A DNA stretch of 11,511 nucleotides from Candidatus Omnitrophota bacterium (GTDB lineage Bacteria; Omnitrophota; Gorgyraeia; JABMRG01; JAFGKX01): assembly GCA_020354945.1 (NCBI GenBank), contig CP070655.1, positions 179,831 to 191,341 of the forward strand, given 5' to 3'. The notes under the pieces are model-generated. The model ran no database searches, was not told the DNA's origin, and saw only the letters and a program-made list of their open reading frames with translations. Position 1 is the stretch's first letter. Every line of letters begins with the position of its first letter. Below are positions 8,035 through 11,511 of the stretch, piece by piece. A program made the position numbers and the translations under genes.

Positions 8035-9138
8035 TTACACGATGGCCTTGTCGTCCTTGACATCAAAGAAATGCACTTTGCTCATATCAAAGACTAATTC
8101 AAGGTCTTGATTAACTGCTGGTTTGTCATGCCCGCCGACCCGGGCAACAAATGTATGCTTGCCGCTATTAAGGTGTAAGAAAACTTCGGCTCCCATAGGT
8201 TCGCATACCTCGCAATTCGCAGTAACAACATTTTCTTCAGGCGCCTCCTGAACAAATAATCTATCGTATATATCCTCCGGCCTTATTCCAAAAATAACCT
8301 CTTTGCCAACATAGGGGATAAGTTTATCCGTTATCTCATCAAGTATCTTTACCTTGAAATTGCCTTCGTTGAAATAAAATTTTCCGTCTTTTTTTATTAT
8401 CTGGCCGTTCATGAAATTCATCGGAGGCGAACCTATAAAACCCGCCACAAACTTGTTTTTGGGTTTATCATAAAGGGCAATTGGGTCATCTATCTGCTGT
8501 ATTGCACCTTCTTTCATAACTACTATTCTGGTGCCCATGGTCATAGCTTCTACCTGATCATGGGTTACGTATATCATAGTGGTTTGAAGCCTGGTATGGA
8601 GCTTGCTAATCTCTGTCCTCATCTGGACACGCAATTTGGCATCCAGATTGCTCAAAGGCTCATCGAATAAAAAGACAAGCGGTTTTCTCACTATCGCTCT
8701 GCCTACGGCAACTCTCTGCTGTTCGCCGCCGGAGAGTTCTTTAGGCCGTTTATTTAGGTGTTTGGTAATATTGAGAATCTGGGCAGCATCTCTCACCCTC
8801 TGGTCTATTTCTGATTTTGGAAACTTGCGAAGTTTAAGCCCAAAAGCCATATTTTCATACACAGTCATATGCGGGTAAAGTGCATAATTCTGAAATACCA
8901 TCGCAATATTTCTATCTTTAGCCGGGACGTCATTTACCATTTTATCGCCGATCCAAATCTTTCCTGTAGTGGCCTCTTCCAGACCTGCTATCATCCTTAA
9001 GAATGTAGATTTCCCGCATCCGGAAGGGCCTACCAGAACGAGAAATTCTTTATTTTCAATGCCTAGATTGATATCCTTCACCGCATATACATTTGGAGGG
9101 AATTTTTTGCTGACATTTCTTAAGCTAACTTGAGCCAT
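8035..9138 (-). CDS. Carbohydrate ABC transporter ATP-binding subunit (MalK/UgpC/MsmX type)
   Basis: Walker A GPSGCGKST, Q-loop VFQNYALYPHM, signature LSGGEQQR, Walker B FLFDEPLSNLD, YVTHDQVEAMT, GFIGSPPMN and a C-terminal TOBE-like region. AAGGGG SD. Confidence 0.95.
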   Translation of the reverse strand: MAQVSLRNVSKKFPPNVYAVKDINLGIENKEFLVLVGPSGCGKSTFLRMIAGLEEATTGKIWIGDKMVNDVPAKDRNIAMVFQNYALYPHMTVYENMAFGLKLRKFPKSEIDQRVRDAAQILNITKHLNKRPKELSGGEQQRVAVGRAIVRKPLVFLFDEPLSNLDAKLRVQMRTEISKLHTRLQTTMIYVTHDQVEAMTMGTRIVVMKEGAIQQIDDPIALYDKPKNKFVAGFIGSPPMNFMNGQIIKKDGKFYFNEGNFKVKILDEITDKLIPYVGKEVIFGIRPEDIYDRLFVQEAPEENVVTANCEVCEPMGAEVFLHLNSGKHTFVARVGGHDKPAVNQDLELVFDMSKVHFFDVKDDKAIV

Positions 9139-9162
9139 TTTCTGTCAACCCCTTACTGCTGT

Positions 9163-9213
9163 TTTCGTGTACCGTTAACCGTGTACAGTTTCAACGCTAA
9201 ACGGTAAACGAAA
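9163..9213. repeat. Inverted repeat built from degenerate heptamers
   Basis: tttcgtgtaccgttaaccgt (9163-9182) and acgctaaacggtaaacgaaa (9194-9213) are complementary at 17 of 20 positions. Units are cgtgtac/cgttaac/cgtgtac and cgctaaa/cggtaaa. Confidence 0.75.
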
Positions 9214-9254
9214 CGAGGTTAAATTTGATAGACAAAATAACGGTACATGAATCG

Positions 9255-10112
9255 TTACGTTAAATACTCCAGTAATTTCGATATAGTTTCTTTCATCTGG
9301 GGCCTGCTGACAATCATATCTATAAGGCCATGCTCAAGCACAAATTCTGAACGTTGAAATCCTTCCGGAAGCTTCTGCTTTATGGTCTGCTCAATAACTC
9401 TTGGGCCTGTAAAGCCGATCAATGCCTTTGGCTCTGCCATTATAATATCACCTAACGAGGCAAAGCTGGCCATTACCCCGGCCATAGTCGGATGGGTAAG
9501 TACCGATATAAATAGATTTCCTTTTTTATGCAGTCTTGAGATCGCTGCGGAGGTTTTGGCCATCTGCATTAAAGAGAACAGCCCTTCATACATTCTGGCG
9601 CCACCGCCCGAACCTGATATTATAACAAGAGGAAATTTCTTCTCAATAGCCAATTCAGCAGCCCGGGTTATCTTTTCTCCGACTACAGAACCCATAGACC
9701 CCATTATAAATCTTGAATCCGTTACCGCTAAAACTGCATTTGCTCCATTTATCTTTCCGGTGCCATATATCACTGCTTCTTTCATGCCTGTGGCATTTTG
9801 GTCTTCCTTCAATTTATTCTTATATGTTTTTGGCCCTTTGAATGCAAGAGGGTCAGCTGAAGTTATGTCTTTGCCAAATTCTTTAAAGGTGTCTTTATCA
9901 ATAGTGATGTCCACCCGTTCACGGGCACCTATTACAAAATGGTAATCGCACTTAGGGCAAACTTTTAAATTCTCCTGGAGGGCTTTGTTGTATATTATCT
10001 CTCCGCAGCCTTCGCATTTTGTCCACAAGCCACCGGGTATATCCTTTTTCTTCTGTTGTTTAAATTTCTTAGCTCTTACGATAGTATATTTTGGTTTTCT
10101 AAATACAGGCAT
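9255..10112 (-). CDS. accD: Acetyl-CoA carboxylase carboxyltransferase beta subunit
   Basis: Zinc finger LWTKCEGC...VCPKCDYH, FIMGSMGSVVGEK, GGARMYEG..SLMQM, IGFTGPRVIEQT and LPEGFQRSEF. ATG at 10112 preferred over TTG at 10118. Confidence 0.95.
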   Translation of the reverse strand: MPVFRKPKYTIVRAKKFKQQKKKDIPGGLWTKCEGCGEIIYNKALQENLKVCPKCDYHFVIGARERVDITIDKDTFKEFGKDITSADPLAFKGPKTYKNKLKEDQNATGMKEAVIYGTGKINGANAVLAVTDSRFIMGSMGSVVGEKITRAAELAIEKKFPLVIISGSGGGARMYEGLFSLMQMAKTSAAISRLHKKGNLFISVLTHPTMAGVMASFASLGDIIMAEPKALIGFTGPRVIEQTIKQKLPEGFQRSEFVLEHGLIDMIVSRPQMKETISKLLEYLT

Positions 10113-10118
10113 TTTCAA

Positions 10119-10146
10119 TCAGTTTTCAGTCATCAGTTATCAGTTT
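10119..10146. repeat. Tandem heptamer repeat, 4 x TCAGTYW
   Basis: tcagttt-tcagtca-tcagtta-tcagttt occupies most of the gap directly upstream of accD. Confidence 0.85.
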
Positions 10147-10152
10147 GATACG

Positions 10153-10791
10153 CTATAACCCCAATAATTCTTTTACCTTATCTATTGCAGATGAGGCATT
10201 ATCCGCATAGCCATCCGCGCCTATTTCATCTGCATATTCTTGAGTAACCGGCGCGCCTCCGATGATAGTCTTTATCTTACCGTTTAAACCCTCAATCTTT
10301 AATAAATTAATCGTGGCCTTCATAGACGGCATAGAGGTGGTAATAAGGGAAGACATCGCTATAACTTCTGCGTCGCTCTTAATGGCCTCATCAATAAACC
10401 GCCTGGGGGCTACATCTATACCTAAATCGATAACTGAAAAGCCGCCCCCTTTAAACATCATTGATACTAAATTTTTACCTATATCGTGCAAATCGCCTTT
10501 TGATGTGCCGATGACTATTTTCGCCATAGGATTGACTCCGGCCTTAACCAAAAGCGGCTCTAGGATATCTAATCCGGCTTGCATGGCCTTTGCTGATATG
10601 AGTACCTCAGGCACAAAGATTTCATTAGATTTGAATTTCTCGCCAACAATAGACATACCGGCTATGAGCCCTTTATTCAGTATATCCTGCACCGGAAGGC
10701 CATCACATATTGCTCCTTTTACAAGAATTGGTATACCGGCAATGTTTCCTGTAAATATTGCATCTTTTATATTATCCCACTTTATGCCCAT
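10153..10791 (-). CDS. Corrinoid (cobalamin-binding) protein, MtbC/MttC/MetH B12-binding-domain family
   Basis: N-terminal cap domain (GLIAGMSIVGEKF...FVPEVLISAKAM), base-off His motif GDLHDIGKNLV, DLGIDV, MSSLITT, IGGAPVT and IGADGY. Confidence 0.93.
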   Translation of the reverse strand: MGIKWDNIKDAIFTGNIAGIPILVKGAICDGLPVQDILNKGLIAGMSIVGEKFKSNEIFVPEVLISAKAMQAGLDILEPLLVKAGVNPMAKIVIGTSKGDLHDIGKNLVSMMFKGGGFSVIDLGIDVAPRRFIDEAIKSDAEVIAMSSLITTSMPSMKATINLLKIEGLNGKIKTIIGGAPVTQEYADEIGADGYADNASSAIDKVKELLGL

Positions 10792-10814
10792 TTTATATAT
10801 TTAATATAAGCCAT

Positions 10815-10842
10815 ATATTAACACAAAGCGTCGAAATATCAA
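10815..10842 (-). promoter_or_regulatory. Possible sigma70 promoter for the corrinoid protein gene
   Basis: TTGATA (10842-10837), a 16-nt spacer and TG-T-TAATAT as an extended -10 (10820-10815), immediately after the terminator U-tract. The AT-rich context makes a chance match possible. Confidence 0.4.
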
Positions 10843-10844
10843 GC

Positions 10845-10893
10845 AAAAAAAAAGAGGCCGCTTGAAAACCCATAAAATGCCTCAGCGACCTCT
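10845..10893 (-). terminator. Rho-independent terminator
   Basis: Minus strand AGAGGTCGCT...AGCGGCCTCT forms a 10-bp stem with one U.G pair, extendable inward, followed directly by 8 more T. Confidence 0.85.
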
Positions 10894-11155
10894 GTAATTT
10901 CAAAATATAAAATAAAAACGCGTCTTAAACCTAAACCTTTAGAAGAAATTTTTACTTTGAAGAGATGATGTGGAAATTTATGGGCCTTTTATATCTTTTG
11001 CCCTAAGGGGGTATTCTCCCTATTTTCGCATCCTCTTCAAAGATCTCTTTTTGGGGTTCAAGGCGCGCTTTTTTGATGAGACCTCAAAGAATCTAACCCT
11101 CACCTTCTTTTAAAGTAAGGCACGCTTTAGGTGCCATCCTTCTTGGCCTCATCAC
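10845..11155 (-). ncRNA. Candidate ~310-nt structured non-coding RNA or leader RNA, family unknown
   Basis: Bounded by a consensus promoter and a terminator, with no credible ORF. Several long helices are present, and most of their non-Watson-Crick pairs are G.U on the minus strand. Confidence 0.65.
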
Positions 11156-11160
11156 TTTTA

Positions 11161-11189
11161 ATTATACGCTATAAAAGGCGTTGAGTCAA
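11161..11189 (-). promoter_or_regulatory. Strong sigma70-type promoter
   Basis: TTGACT (11189-11184), exactly 17 nt, TATAAT (11166-11161). Predicted TSS about 11155-11153. Confidence 0.85.
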
Positions 11190-11201
11190 TATCTTGAGGA
11201 T

Positions 11202-11274
11202 AAAAATAGTGGGCAGTGGTCCATTTTTGCCAAAATTGCTACAATAACAAAAACAGGCCGCTGTCCCTATTTTT
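11202..11274. repeat. Imperfect inverted repeat immediately downstream of the DUF1015 stop codon (REP-like element or terminator)
   Basis: aaaaatagtgggcagtggtccattttt (11202-11228) pairs with aaaaacaggccgctgtccctattttt (11249-11274), with three G.T pairs on the + strand. Confidence 0.75.
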
Positions 11275-11275
11275 G

Positions 11276-11511
11276 TTAAAATTTATGGATCACTAACCCT
11301 GTGAGAGGCTTAGGATAGAAATAGGTGGACTTATGCGGCATGAATAAACCACCATTTGCCACTTCTTGCAGTTGCTCTATTTTGGTGTAATTCAATAGAA
11401 ACACCACCTGGAAAAGACCACGATCTACCTCTTCCACAGCCTCCAAGGCATCGTGTCGATATTTAATTTTACTCTCGTCATCAAGCATATTCTCATCCAC
11501 TTTGAGGAGTC
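11276..11511 (-). CDS. DUF1015 family protein, C-terminal fragment (5' end outside the window)
   Basis: The frame is open to the window edge, so the GTG at 11500 is internal. The C-terminal MPHKSTYFYPKPLTGLVI matches the conserved DUF1015 MPxKSTxFxPK motif. Confidence 0.85.
   Translation of the reverse strand, partial: LLKVDENMLDDESKIKYRHDALEAVEEVDRGLFQVVFLLNYTKIEQLQEVANGGLFMPHKSTYFYPKPLTGLVIHKF

Noticed and set aside
754-10804. Numerous + strand ORFs, including 9382-9945 (187 aa) and 10262-10804 (180 aa)
   Set aside because: All lie antisense to well-supported genes and show no recognisable motifs, so they are typical shadow ORFs.
11017-11024. AAUAGGGA motif suggesting a cobalamin riboswitch upstream of the B12-binding protein
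   Set aside because: The other hallmark elements (GCCACUG, GGGAAG, AGYCAGRAGACC B12 box) are not visible.
11093-11152. 19-codon ORF MRPRRMAPKACLTLKEGEG at the start of the candidate RNA
   Set aside because: No SD, buried in stable helices and without the amino-acid run typical of leader peptides. A leaderless peptide cannot be fully excluded.
11276-11500. 74-aa stand-alone small protein as listed in the ORF track
   Set aside because: The frame stays open to the window edge and the sequence is the C-terminus of a longer DUF1015 protein.

Overview
AT-rich bacterial window with all genes on the minus strand. In transcription order they are: a partial DUF1015-family gene, a ~480 bp non-coding region, an orphan corrinoid (B12-binding) protein, accD, an orphan MalK/UgpC-type ABC ATPase, two tandem membrane-GAF-GGDEF diguanylate cyclases, a ROK sugar kinase, lptD, UDP-glucose dehydrogenase and a partial RmlC-like epimerase. 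LptD implies a diderm, LPS-making organism. The proteins are mostly recognisable; the unexplained signal is non-coding. (1) A ~310-nt, highly base-paired, ORF-free transcript (about 11155 to 10845) lies between a near-consensus sigma70 promoter (TTGACT-17-TATAAT) and an intrinsic terminator, and I cannot match it to a known RNA family. (2) A family of palindromes carries GAGCGA tandem-GA motifs. One 163-bp copy sits in frame at the 5' end of lptD and contains both the upstream stop codon and the lptD start codon; shorter relatives occur at other gene junctions. All structures were paired by eye and no searches were run.
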